Assembly: GCA_965204725.1 (NCBI GenBank)
Contig: OZ242005.1
Location: 2,144,001 to 2,208,000 of the forward strand
Length of the DNA stretch: 64,000 nucleotides
DNA from: Candidatus Latescibacterota bacterium
GTDB lineage: Bacteria > Latescibacterota > UBA2968 > UBA8231
Direction of reading: 5' to 3'
Shown here: in pieces, positions 1-9,501 of the stretch
How positions within the stretch are numbered: position 1 is the first letter of the stretch
Layout of the letters: each line of letters begins with the position of its first letter
Position numbers and translations under genes: made by a program
The notes under the pieces: generated by a model
What the model was told of the DNA's origin: nothing
Seen by the model: the letters and a program-made list of their open reading frames with translations, nothing else
Database searches by the model: none

Positions 1-2
1 TT

Positions 3-1940
3 TACCTGCTAGCGGACATCCCCGAATTCCATCCGTCCCCTGAACGGTCGGCTCCGGGGTATCACTATGTAGGCCCTTTACTGGACGACCCACAGGCAAA
101 AGGTACGGTTGCGATTCTCGACCAAGGGTGGGATTTGTCTTGGCCGCTGGTCTATGTCACCTGTGGCAGCAGCGGACACCCTCCCGAATACTTGGAGGGA
201 CTAATTGAGGCGGTGACCCACAAGCCCATCCGTTTGCTCATCACTACGGCTGGCCGCTGGGAGGGAACGAGCCTCCCTAGCAATGTCCGGGTGACCGACT
301 TTCTCCCCGGCGAATGGGTCTTGCAGCGGGCGCGGGCCTTAGTAGGCATTGTCGGCATTGGTGCTATTTATCAGGCACTGCGGTGTGGGGTGCCTATCAT
401 TGGTGCGCCCGAGCACTTAGATCAGGAGTACCACTTAAATCGCGTTGAGCAACTCGGATTGGGCATAAAGCTCGACCGAAAGGCATTTCGGGCAGACGAG
501 ATTTTGGCAGCCCTAGCGCAGGTGTTGGGGGATGAACCCAAGTTCTCGGAGTCGTGTCGTGCTTTTGTTAAAAAAGCAAAAGCCGCCCCATGGCACGGAG
601 GCCAAGTCGCGGCCGATCTGGTAGATGATTTCTTCCTCGCCCAAGAAAAACCGCATCAAATCGATTCCCTTTATGCTATGGAGAAACAGGAGTTTGTCCG
701 TCATCTAGTCGCCAGCACCCCGCTTTCAATGGAGGACGTAGAGACGATTCTACACGAAGACACGGGCCGGGGACTGCCACACCACAAAGTCCACGGGGCG
801 TTGTATTACGACCGTATTGATTCGTGGAATTGGCTCAACGACCACGAGCCTCGCTTTTTTGAGGCCGATTACCAAGCGTTGGAGCAGAAGCGCAACCGAT
901 TTTTTATTCGAGACGAAAAGGGCGTCCGGGGCCGCAAGAAATGGCAGCGCTACCGAGTGACCTATCAGTTGCATATTCATCCAGCACCCCTTCAGCCCGG
1001 TCAGCGTACCCGGATTTTCCTGCCTTATCCCATCGAAGGGCGTGGCCAATGGGATATCCGGCACATCTCCTGCAAGCCGGCTGATATGGAAGCCGTGTTG
1101 GTGCCAGCGATGGGCTTTTTCTACAACTACGAGCGGACTAAGGGTTCTTCTGAAAGCGAGCCTTGGGAGCTAAGCTATGTCTGTGAGTTGACCGTGGAAG
1201 AGTTCCCGTCGGCCAATGGATTGCAGCCAGTTCCTCTAAGCCCCATTGAGCGAAAACGGTATCTGCGCTTAGATCCTGCTCTAGCGGACTGTCCCGAAAT
1301 CGAGGCCTTCCGGCAGGAACTAGGCCCTAGGGGAAGGTGTAGCGACGAGTGGCGTGCCCGTGCTCTATACGAGGCCCTAATGCACACCAAACGATTCAAG
1401 AAAACCAAAGACCCGACCCAGAGTATCGGGTACAGTACCCAAGCCATCTTGAGCGATACCGGCGGGCACTGTATCACGCTTTCGCGAGCGTTTATGGCAC
1501 TGTGCCGTCTAGATGGAATCCCCGTGCGCGAAGTCGCCGGTGCCCTGATCGGGTATCCTACCGGGGACGATACCTTTGCGGCCCACTCGTATCGAGACCC
1601 CCTCTTCGGCCATACGTGGGCTGAGGTACATCTAGCGGAAAAGGGCTGGATACCCGTCGAGTTCCATAGCACTGTTATCGGACGGAACGCCCGGACGGAC
1701 CACAATGTCGCCGATCCAGTGCTGCGCGGCAGGATCGAGGCAAATACCGCCCCGTATTGGGCCTATTACTTTGGCCATCTAGATACCCAACGCATCCGGT
1801 GTTCCAATTCCGTTAAAAATATCCCGCAATGCCTAGTAGAGCAGCTAGACGCTCAGGCCGACGATCCCAATCGGTGGGACTTCCAGACCGAATTGTCATA
1901 CGAGTGCCACTTGCAGACCGAGATCCTCGACGAAGGCTGA
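3..1940 (+). CDS. GT-B (GT1/MGT-like) glycosyltransferase fused to a C-terminal transglutaminase-like domain; 5'-truncated by the window edge
   Basis: Frame is open from base 3 (YLLADIPEF..YHYVGPL). GT-B C-domain motifs LVYVTCGSSG, DFLPGEWVL, GVPIIGAP..DQ. Transglutaminase core GHCITLS..ALCRLDGIPVREVAG..HTWAEV..GWIPVE. Confidence 0.8.
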   Translation, partial: YLLADIPEFHPSPERSAPGYHYVGPLLDDPQAKGTVAILDQGWDLSWPLVYVTCGSSGHPPEYLEGLIEAVTHKPIRLLITTAGRWEGTSLPSNVRVTDFLPGEWVLQRARALVGIVGIGAIYQALRCGVPIIGAPEHLDQEYHLNRVEQLGLGIKLDRKAFRADEILAALAQVLGDEPKFSESCRAFVKKAKAAPWHGGQVAADLVDDFFLAQEKPHQIDSLYAMEKQEFVRHLVASTPLSMEDVETILHEDTGRGLPHHKVHGALYYDRIDSWNWLNDHEPRFFEADYQALEQKRNRFFIRDEKGVRGRKKWQRYRVTYQLHIHPAPLQPGQRTRIFLPYPIEGRGQWDIRHISCKPADMEAVLVPAMGFFYNYERTKGSSESEPWELSYVCELTVEEFPSANGLQPVPLSPIERKRYLRLDPALADCPEIEAFRQELGPRGRCSDEWRARALYEALMHTKRFKKTKDPTQSIGYSTQAILSDTGGHCITLSRAFMALCRLDGIPVREVAGALIGYPTGDDTFAAHSYRDPLFGHTWAEVHLAEKGWIPVEFHSTVIGRNARTDHNVADPVLRGRIEANTAPYWAYYFGHLDTQRIRCSNSVKNIPQCLVEQLDAQADDPNRWDFQTELSYECHLQTEILDEG

Positions 1941-1954
1941 ATGGAGCGGCACCC

Positions 1955-2983
1955 ATGGAAATCAGTGTTGTCATACCTACGTACAACCAACGGGAACGGC
2001 TCCGCCTAGTCTTGAGCGGCTTAGAGGGCCAGACTCTTCCGCCCGAGTGCTTTGAGGTCTTGGTGATTGACGATGGCTCGACCGATGGCACGGCAGAAAT
2101 GCTCAATGCGTTGCACATCGACAATATGAAGCCGATCAGACTCCATCCGAATGAAGGGCGCTGCTCGGCGCGGAACCGAGGAATAAACCAAGCCGAGGGC
2201 GACCTCGTCGTGTTGCTCGATGGAGACGCTCTACCGGCCCCCGACCTGCTACAAACGTATCTAGACGCCTTTGGGGAACACGGATCGGATAGCGTGTTGT
2301 GTGGTCGGCTGTACTCGCTGGCCGAGTTGGAGTTTTTCCAAGACCCCCAGTGCGGGTCACTCGCAAAGGTCGCCATCCCCAGTGTCCAGCAAGATTACCT
2401 AGAGAGCCATCGGGAGGCGTTGATCCTAACCGAAGCGATGGTTCGCCACGATTTCGCGGCCATCCGCGAGCGCGCCCTCCCAGGCGGCTACCCGTTCCCC
2501 GAACTAGAACAGATGCAGGACGAACAAATCGATCTCTTGCGCCGATGCCCAGACGCGGCGGTGGCTTGGCTAGGGCTGACGCCCCACAACAGTGCCCTGC
2601 CCCGCGAAGTGTTGCGAGCTATCGGAGGGTTCGACATCAATATTCCTTTTTGCGAGGGCTGGGAGATAGCGTACCGGTGCCAGCAATACGGGTGTCGGCT
2701 CTATGGCGTACCGGCAGACACGTACCATCTATACCATTTCCACGACTTCAACGCCGCAGAGACGGCCGTGCGCCATCAGGCTATCGAGTACATGGCCGAC
2801 AAATTTCAGGAGCCGCGCATCCGCTTGCTCTACTTTTGGTTCGCTCACCTGTGGCCCGACCCATTCTTGCCCGAAGAATCCCTAGTGGAGGACTTAGTCG
2901 AGTTCGACCGACGCTACCAGACCCTCACAGATGCGGAATGGCAGCAGTACCAGTTCCTGTTGGACCATCGGCCGAGGAAGTAG
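1955..2983 (+). CDS. GT2-family glycosyltransferase (342 aa)
   Basis: ISVVIPTYN, EVLVIDDGSTD, SARNRG, LLDGD (DxD), GGFD. Start moved to ATG 1955, after GGAG. Confidence 0.9.
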   Translation: MEISVVIPTYNQRERLRLVLSGLEGQTLPPECFEVLVIDDGSTDGTAEMLNALHIDNMKPIRLHPNEGRCSARNRGINQAEGDLVVLLDGDALPAPDLLQTYLDAFGEHGSDSVLCGRLYSLAELEFFQDPQCGSLAKVAIPSVQQDYLESHREALILTEAMVRHDFAAIRERALPGGYPFPELEQMQDEQIDLLRRCPDAAVAWLGLTPHNSALPREVLRAIGGFDINIPFCEGWEIAYRCQQYGCRLYGVPADTYHLYHFHDFNAAETAVRHQAIEYMADKFQEPRIRLLYFWFAHLWPDPFLPEESLVEDLVEFDRRYQTLTDAEWQQYQFLLDHRPRK

Positions 2984-2987
2984 CTAA

Positions 2988-3035
2988 AGAAATGGTAGGA
3001 ACCATTTGAAAAAAAGAACTGCTAGAGCAGCTAAC
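2988..3035 (+). repeat. Degenerate copy of the 5' end of the ABC permease gene (partner at 4498-4545)
   Basis: 41/48 nt identical to 4498-4545. Reads MVGTI*KKELLEQLT versus MIKTIWKKELLEQLT. Confidence 0.85.
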
Positions 3036-3147
3036 CTGCTCATTTTTCATTTTTTTTATTTTTTTTGTAACATTTTTCTCACGGCATACGTTATTACTTA
3101 TGAGAAGCGTTCTTAAACAATGCGAACATCATGCAAGGAGGCTTGCG

Positions 3148-4080
3148 ATGAAAACGCTAACGCTCTTGTGCAGTGCGCTTATTATCATACCCGCACTCAG
3201 TCAAGCCCGCGAAGAGGGCTATGGCGGCTTTAACAAAGAAAACATACAGAAGTTTTACGATTACATACACGGCCAAGACATGATTAAGGTACAAGAAGGC
3301 GACGAGTTGAACCAAGCCATTGACGCGATACCCATTAACTTGGGAACGGAGATCGATTTAGAGCAAGAGCGCGGCTTGCGCAACTGGTTGCACCAATATC
3401 TGATTGCGTTTTCCGAATCGGGTAGCGATAGCTTGGTCGCCATCTTCTATCTGAGGGCGGGATTTAATGAAGAAAGATATGAAGCTTACAGAGTAGAGAT
3501 GGCTGAATTCGCTATGCAAAGTATCCAAAACTCAAGCGTTGATATCGAAATCCGAAAAAAAGACGGTAGCATAATGAGCCAAGAAGAGGCCAAGAAAGCA
3601 GCAGAAAACATGGTTGAAAATGCTAGAGCGAAAGTCAAGGCCGCTTTGAAGGAAGGTCCGATGTCCATATTTCGTTCAGAGCATAAGCATGTTCTCAAGG
3701 CCAACAACCGAGATTACTTCATAGAAAATGTATCGTTCCACGACAGTGAATTTAGGGTGTTTGAGCTGGACAAAGAGACCCCGACGTTCTTGAGGCTTGT
3801 ATCTGATAGAGGTATGCTACCCAAGGGGAACACGAGCTATTCAACCACGTTGGCCAAACAACTCTTCGCTCTTTTAGAAGAAGGAGAGAGAATCATCTGT
3901 GCAGATATAATGTTCATTGCGGAAGAGCCTTTGGAGTTTACACCTAATCTAACGCCAGGACGTACGCCTTCATTTTTTCGCTTGATGTGGGACCAGGACA
4001 ATAAGCTCTGGCGTCATCTGGAAGTATTCTACAGTCCCGGCGTAAAGGAACTTTACTTATTTGGTAGAGGTGCGAACTGA
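3148..4080 (+). CDS. Secreted hypothetical protein (310 aa)
   Basis: AAGGAGG RBS before ATG 3148; signal peptide MKTLTLLCSALIIIPALSQA; visibly AT-richer than its flanks; no family recognised. Confidence 0.75.
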   Translation: MKTLTLLCSALIIIPALSQAREEGYGGFNKENIQKFYDYIHGQDMIKVQEGDELNQAIDAIPINLGTEIDLEQERGLRNWLHQYLIAFSESGSDSLVAIFYLRAGFNEERYEAYRVEMAEFAMQSIQNSSVDIEIRKKDGSIMSQEEAKKAAENMVENARAKVKAALKEGPMSIFRSEHKHVLKANNRDYFIENVSFHDSEFRVFELDKETPTFLRLVSDRGMLPKGNTSYSTTLAKQLFALLEEGERIICADIMFIAEEPLEFTPNLTPGRTPSFFRLMWDQDNKLWRHLEVFYSPGVKELYLFGRGAN

Positions 4081-4180
4081 ATATTTTATTGAGTCCATTT
4101 TGGGCTCATAGTATCCATTCTTTGTCTTGACAAGACAGGAATGGTTTTCACCACAAACCCCTTTTACAAGGAGGATTGTC

Positions 4181-4384
4181 ATGAAACGCGCATTTGCGAA
4201 AGCGGTTATCGCCCTCATCGGCGTAATCGCGCAGCTTTTGCCGAGCCACGTTGAGGCGATTTCCTGCAGCGCATCGGCCGGTGGTGTGTCGCTTAGCTGG
4301 GAGTGCGACGAGGGCAACTGCAAAGCTACGTTTAGCTACGACGACGAGGGCCGGGTTACTTCGATCACGGGCCTCTGTACTTAA
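4181..4384 (+). CDS. Small secreted Cys-containing peptide (67 aa; 41-aa mature part with 4 Cys)
   Basis: AAGGAGG RBS before ATG 4181; Sec-type signal ending V-E-A; followed by a terminator hairpin. Confidence 0.75.
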   Translation: MKRAFAKAVIALIGVIAQLLPSHVEAISCSASAGGVSLSWECDEGNCKATFSYDDEGRVTSITGLCT

Positions 4385-4421
4385 ACAGTGCCCTTAAGAC
4401 CCCGGCGGCCTTCTCCTAGCT

Positions 4422-4467
4422 GAAAAAGCGGCGGGTGGCTTGACACAACGTCGCCCGCCGCTTTTTC
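4422..4467. terminator. Intrinsic, probably bidirectional, terminator
   Basis: GAAAAAGCGGCGGGTGGC..GTCGCCCGCCGCTTTTTC stem with A and T tracts. Confidence 0.8.
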
Positions 4468-4501
4468 GCTCGGTAAATTAGTCTATAGAGGTGACTTAGA
4501 A

Positions 4502-6013
4502 ATGATAAAAACCATCTGGAAAAAAGAGTTGCTAGAGCAGCTAACTAGTCGGCGCTTTATCTACTGTACCCTGATTATCGTGTCGCTTATATGGATCGTC
4601 GGCCTGCTGCGAATAGCAAGTCACGAAAGAGCACAGGTAGAGAAAGATCGAATCGTCGCAGAAACGGCTGACGAGCTGCGCGAGGTATATAAATACTCCA
4701 AATTGCAGACCAAGGTCGTCCGCACACCCAATCCACTCGAAGTCTTTGACCGGGGCGTCACCGAGCAAAAGAGCTCGGTAGTGCCCATTGAGATATACGA
4801 CATACCCTACGTCACCGATCAACACACCCTATCGGACACCGGCAATCCTTTACTCGCCATAATCGGTTCATTTGATGTCGTTCACGTCATCCAGATCTTT
4901 CTATCGTTGCTAGCCATTCTCTTTGCGTGTGAGTCCATTTCAGGCGAAAAAGAAGAAGGCACCCTAGCGCTGGTGATGACGACGAATGTCTCCCGAGTGC
5001 AGATCGTGACCGGCAAACTCCTGAGCGGTATTACGCTCCTCAACATACCTATTTTCTTGGGCTTTCTCGGCCTCGCAATTTTTCTCATTGCTTCTGAGCA
5101 CGTCCGGCTTACAGAGGCCGATTGGCTAGGTCTCATTGGGATTTGGCTGGCCTCCCTGTTTTACATCGCCATCTTCTACCTGATTGGCATGGCTATTTCG
5201 TGCTACACCCACAATACTTCGACCAGCATGATGTACAGTCTGTTCGTCTGGACCTTTTTGGTGATTGTCTTGCCGATCAGCATTGCGTTTTTCGTCAATC
5301 AGCAGTTCCAGCGGCAAGCGGCCGCCGAGCAAGCCGCGGCGATGGAAGACGAATTGTGGAACGAGCACAAAAAACGGGCTGACGACTTGGTGCGGACGGC
5401 CGGGATGGGCGATACCTACCCGCCGCTACGCTTGATCAGTAATATGTGGGGTGGGACGGGAAGGGGAAGCACACCGCGTTTCCAGATCGGACCGATTAAG
5501 AAGGACGCCCCCATCGCCGAATTCCTAGACATTCTGAGGAGCGGTGAGAACCTACGCCTCCAGTATGCCCAAAAAGTTTGGCATGCTTGCAGTCCGCTTT
5601 GGGAAGGCCGACCCCGGTCGCTCATCCGCCTAAACGATCAGTTGCAGAGGATAACGCCGGCCGGGGCTTACCTAGAGGTCTCCGGCGGTTTGGCTGGTAC
5701 GGATGCGGGGGTTTTTTACGATTTTATCCAGCAGGCTCGTCAGTACCGAGAGCAAATTTTGGACTATTTAAGGGCGTATGACGCATTCGGGAGCATGGCA
5801 TTTATAGGTCAACCTAGTTTTACAAACGAGGATAGAGCGGCTAAAAGAACTCCACTCGACCTCAGCGGCCTTCCAGTCTTTATAGAGCACCGGGAGCCCC
5901 TCTCTCAACGGCTGGGCAGAATTGCGCCGGGCCTTCTCTCGCTATTTATCTATGCGAGCCTAACTTGGCTGGCCGTAACCGGGCTTTTTGCTCGCTACGA
6001 TGTCGTGAGGTGA
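4502..6013 (+). CDS. ABC-2 type transporter permease
   Basis: MIKTIWKKEL N-terminus, ISGEKEEGTLALV..GKL motif, multiple hydrophobic helices and large extracytoplasmic loops. Confidence 0.88.
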   Translation: MIKTIWKKELLEQLTSRRFIYCTLIIVSLIWIVGLLRIASHERAQVEKDRIVAETADELREVYKYSKLQTKVVRTPNPLEVFDRGVTEQKSSVVPIEIYDIPYVTDQHTLSDTGNPLLAIIGSFDVVHVIQIFLSLLAILFACESISGEKEEGTLALVMTTNVSRVQIVTGKLLSGITLLNIPIFLGFLGLAIFLIASEHVRLTEADWLGLIGIWLASLFYIAIFYLIGMAISCYTHNTSTSMMYSLFVWTFLVIVLPISIAFFVNQQFQRQAAAEQAAAMEDELWNEHKKRADDLVRTAGMGDTYPPLRLISNMWGGTGRGSTPRFQIGPIKKDAPIAEFLDILRSGENLRLQYAQKVWHACSPLWEGRPRSLIRLNDQLQRITPAGAYLEVSGGLAGTDAGVFYDFIQQARQYREQILDYLRAYDAFGSMAFIGQPSFTNEDRAAKRTPLDLSGLPVFIEHREPLSQRLGRIAPGLLSLFIYASLTWLAVTGLFARYDVVR

Positions 6014-6020
6014 ACGCACC

Positions 6021-7490
6021 ATGCTGACGACGATTATCAAACGGGAATTTATCGCCCATCTCCAAAGCCTGCGGTTCAGCTTGGTGCTGGTGCTGTGCGT
6101 TGGCTTGATGGTGCTCAACGCGCTCGTCCTCGTCCACAGCACCTATCAATTCGAGCAAGATGCCTACATAGAAAACACCTCCCAGCAACACCAAAGGCTG
6201 CGCGATAATGGCGCCGCCGGTCTGTGGAAGCTCCTGCTCGCAGGGCCTGGGGTGCTTTATAAGCAACCTAGCGAATTGGCGTTTTGCGCTGGTTTCGCCG
6301 ACAACAAATTGCCTGACAAAGTAGAGGCTAAAGCGGACCTGATCTACATGATGTCAACTGTTATCGGAGGTAAGAGCATTGATAAGAGTTTCTATTGGCC
6401 GTGGATTCTATCTTTTTCGGCCGAACTAAAGGACACTCCACTACTCTCCATCTTCATCACCGTTGACTGGGTCTTTATCATCGGCATCTTGCTGAGCTTG
6501 GCCGCCTTCCTGTTCACCCACGACGCCATTGTCGGCGAAAAGGAGAGCGGCACCCTCAAGCTGGTCATGGCCAACAGCCTGCCGCGCCACACGCTATTGT
6601 GGGGCAAGTTCTGGGGCGCGATGATGGTCTTGATCGGGGTGCTGCTCCTCAGCGTAACTCTCAATTTGTTGATCGTCTTGATCCTCGCCAACCTATCGCT
6701 GGATTCCTCACACGCCGGGCGCATCGCAGTCATGGTCTTGATCTCGGGGGTCTATCTGGCGGGCTGTACCGCGCTGGGGTTGCTCATATCGGCGCGTAGT
6801 GCTACTAGGCGAGGCAGCCTGACGGCGGTGCTCTTCGTCTGGGTGGGTATGGTTTTGCTCTGGCCGCAGATGGGCAAGACCATCGCCGAGCTATTCCACG
6901 AAGAGGTACATGAGTTAGAACACACCAAGTACGTATATGAGTACGGCGACGGCTCTTTCACTTGGCATCCGATTCGGGGACGCGCCTTCAGTTTGGCGCA
7001 AGAGGGCGACCGGCTCGATCCGACGTTTATCAAGGAGTTTTCGAACGCGTTGCGAGAAGAACGGGCGCACCATCAAGAATTAGCAAATGCCCTGATGCGG
7101 CGTCGGGTACAACAGGTCAATTTAGCCCAAAACATCGTCCGGGTCTCTCCCATGGGCACCTACCAATACGCAATGGAGGCAATGGCGGGAACGGGCCTAC
7201 CGCGCTATCGGCATTTCGTCGATCAAGCGAGGAATTACGCCCAGCGTTTTGAGAGAACCCTGCTCGCCATAGACCGAGCCGACTGGCGCAGTCCACACGT
7301 TCCGCTTGTAAAGAATGGGCTGTCCGCGCAAAAGGTAGAGTTGGAGCAAATACCCGTATTTGCCGAAGACCTCTCGGCCACGTCGTTGGCTGGCTCAGCC
7401 GTCGTCGATTTGGTTTTGCTCGGCTTCTTTGCCGTGTTCACCTATCTGGCCGCATACTTGGTCTGGCTGCGCTCGTCGATTGCCGACTAG
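6021..7490 (+). CDS. ABC-2 type transporter permease (second subunit)
   Basis: MLTTIIKREF, DAIVGEKESGTLKLVMAN..WGKF motif, TM helices. Confidence 0.88.
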   Translation: MLTTIIKREFIAHLQSLRFSLVLVLCVGLMVLNALVLVHSTYQFEQDAYIENTSQQHQRLRDNGAAGLWKLLLAGPGVLYKQPSELAFCAGFADNKLPDKVEAKADLIYMMSTVIGGKSIDKSFYWPWILSFSAELKDTPLLSIFITVDWVFIIGILLSLAAFLFTHDAIVGEKESGTLKLVMANSLPRHTLLWGKFWGAMMVLIGVLLLSVTLNLLIVLILANLSLDSSHAGRIAVMVLISGVYLAGCTALGLLISARSATRRGSLTAVLFVWVGMVLLWPQMGKTIAELFHEEVHELEHTKYVYEYGDGSFTWHPIRGRAFSLAQEGDRLDPTFIKEFSNALREERAHHQELANALMRRRVQQVNLAQNIVRVSPMGTYQYAMEAMAGTGLPRYRHFVDQARNYAQRFERTLLAIDRADWRSPHVPLVKNGLSAQKVELEQIPVFAEDLSATSLAGSAVVDLVLLGFFAVFTYLAAYLVWLRSSIAD

Positions 7491-7500
7491 GGGTACAGTC

Positions 7501-8328
7501 ATGCCAATCCTTCTCGCGTTGGTGCTTTCATCCGGCATCGCCCACGCGGCCAGCCCCCCGTCGTTGGCAGTATCCTTTTCCAACTACGGATGGCAACTCG
7601 TAGATCAGGACGAAGACCATGCGGTCGCCTTGGCTTGCTTTCAATGGCGGCTGGGGCATCAATGGCAGGGTCGCCGCGACACCCTGGCGGCGGCTCTGTC
7701 CTACAAGCGCATTCGCTTGCACCAAAAGGCATATAATGGCGGTAGAAATGAGCTATTCAAGTATTCGTCCTCTTTTGACAGGAACACCACCTTCTACTCG
7801 ATGCCATTTGAATTCCGTTGGACGCGCCGCTGGAGTCAATCGTGGGCAACCACCCTACGGTTGACGCCAGCCCTTACCGCAGAGGATTTTGCCGATGAGA
7901 ATCGGTCCCCGATCTGGGGCGAGCTATGGGTGCGGCACAAGGGACTTGGTTTGGGCGTAGGCCGCCTTGAGGTATCGGGTCGGTTGCGCTGGTGGCCGTT
8001 GGTGAGCGTCCGCCACCAATGGCGTGGCATCCGCGTCGAGGGTCTGTTCCCGCGCTATCTCGAGGTGCAAAAGGGTTGGCTGAAACTAAAAGCTCGCCTT
8101 GAGGGGGCTACTTATCTAATAGAAGATTGGGATACCTTCCAACCGCTGTATTTTTCGCACTTGGCGTTGGGAGCGGCTCTGCTTGTGTCGGAAGGATCAC
8201 TGGCGACTGCTTTTGAGATAGGACGATCCGTGCGACGGCGGTTTGAAGTGGCGGGATCCAAATACTATCAGTATCAGACCATTGATAATGGATGGTATAT
8301 TCGCACCAACCTGAGCTACGCGCCCTAA
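7501..8328 (+). CDS. Putative outer-membrane beta-barrel protein (275 aa)
   Basis: Signal MPILLALVLSSGIAHA; aromatic-rich amphipathic strands; C-terminal WYIRTNLSY strand. Confidence 0.55.
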   Translation: MPILLALVLSSGIAHAASPPSLAVSFSNYGWQLVDQDEDHAVALACFQWRLGHQWQGRRDTLAAALSYKRIRLHQKAYNGGRNELFKYSSSFDRNTTFYSMPFEFRWTRRWSQSWATTLRLTPALTAEDFADENRSPIWGELWVRHKGLGLGVGRLEVSGRLRWWPLVSVRHQWRGIRVEGLFPRYLEVQKGWLKLKARLEGATYLIEDWDTFQPLYFSHLALGAALLVSEGSLATAFEIGRSVRRRFEVAGSKYYQYQTIDNGWYIRTNLSYAP

Positions 8329-8345
8329 GAGCCTAGAAGTTGTAG

Positions 8346-9284
8346 TCAAATGCTACGGAAGCGTAGGGCGTCTTTTCGCATCGGCTCTAAGTACCCACCA
8401 TTGGGTTTCGTCGGATCGTACACGGGCTTGCCCATGGGGCGCGTCCGCAGCGTCCCATTCGCCAGGGCCTGCACTCGCTGCCACGCGATGTCCACATACG
8501 CTTGCTCAATGTCGCAGCCGTATCCGACGCGACCGTGAAGCAGCGCGGCAATAATCGAAGACCCAACGCCCATGTACGGGTCGAGCACACAATCCCCCTC
8601 GTCGGTCAGCGCGAGCACGAGCCGCTCGACCAACTCCACCGGGAATTGACAAGGGTGAATCGTCTTCTCGACGTGGTTGCTCTTTACATTCGGAAATATC
8701 CACACGTCGCCGGGGTTTTTCCCCTTTGGATTGCCAGACAGCTTGCCGGCCTTCGGCCCTTTGAAATGTCGCTTATTGGGGTACTTCGACGGGACGCGAA
8801 TCGCATCCAAATTGAACGAATAAGTATCGCTTTTCGTCCACCAGTTAATCGTTTCGTAGCGACCCGACAGCCGCTTGGTGCAGTGCAGGCCGTGCTCAAA
8901 GTGCCAGACGATGCGGTTCCGCAGCTTAAATCCATGCGATTTGAATACAGGATACAGAACCGCGTCAAGCGGTGTGATTTCGCCATTGGCTATGTAGTTG
9001 CCCGTCTGCCAGCAGATCGACCCCGCTGGGTGTAGTAAACGGGCACAAGCCTTGACTACGGCTTCTTGCTGGCGGATGTATGCCTCCAAGGAAGCCTTCT
9101 TCTCGTAGTCCTTGCCGATGTTGTAGGGCGGCGACGTGACGATCAGCTTCATGGATTCATCGGCCAAATCCTCCATAAAGCGCAGGTTGTCTCGACAAGC
9201 CATCTGCGGCACCGTTCCTTTGAGCCGCGCCTTCGCCTGCCGCTCGGGCATCTCACTGCTTGGCGGAAACAAGCCGATCGTCAT
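8346..9284 (-). CDS. Beta-class DNA methyltransferase, probably N4-cytosine (M.BglII-like), 312 aa
   Basis: TSPPYN catalytic motif precedes the SAM motif VLDPYMGVGS; HPCQFP; GGAGG RBS before ATG 9284. Confidence 0.88.
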   Translation of the reverse strand: MTIGLFPPSSEMPERQAKARLKGTVPQMACRDNLRFMEDLADESMKLIVTSPPYNIGKDYEKKASLEAYIRQQEAVVKACARLLHPAGSICWQTGNYIANGEITPLDAVLYPVFKSHGFKLRNRIVWHFEHGLHCTKRLSGRYETINWWTKSDTYSFNLDAIRVPSKYPNKRHFKGPKAGKLSGNPKGKNPGDVWIFPNVKSNHVEKTIHPCQFPVELVERLVLALTDEGDCVLDPYMGVGSSIIAALLHGRVGYGCDIEQAYVDIAWQRVQALANGTLRTRPMGKPVYDPTKPNGGYLEPMRKDALRFRSI

Positions 9285-9364
9285 TACGGCGTCCTCCTGG
9301 GTGGCTGTCCGTTGGCAAAAGTCTTCATCCTCCTCCCCTCTTCCCCAAACAAGGTCCCCATATA

Positions 9365-9479
9365 TATCAGTCCTAAATGATTTGCAAGCATTGAATGTTG
9401 ATCGGTCCGGTCTGTTTTGCATATAAGGCGTCATTCCCGCGAACGCGGGAATCCAGTCTTGAAGGATGTAGGACGGCTA
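9365..9479 (+). mobile_element. MITE-like element, family 1, copy a, carrying a GTCATTCCC palindrome
   Basis: Ends TATCAGTCCTAAATGATTTGCAAGCAT and GAAGGATGTAGGACGGCTA; TA on both flanks; same ends recur at 33714-33874 and 55788-55956. Confidence 0.75.
9430..9456. repeat. dRS3/REP-like palindrome GTCATTCCCGCGAACGCGGGAATCCAG
   Basis: Fits ATTCCC-N8-GGGAAT; one mismatch to the copy at 45166-45192. Confidence 0.85.
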
Positions 9480-9501
9480 TATTCAGGGTTTCTCAGTCAA
9501 A

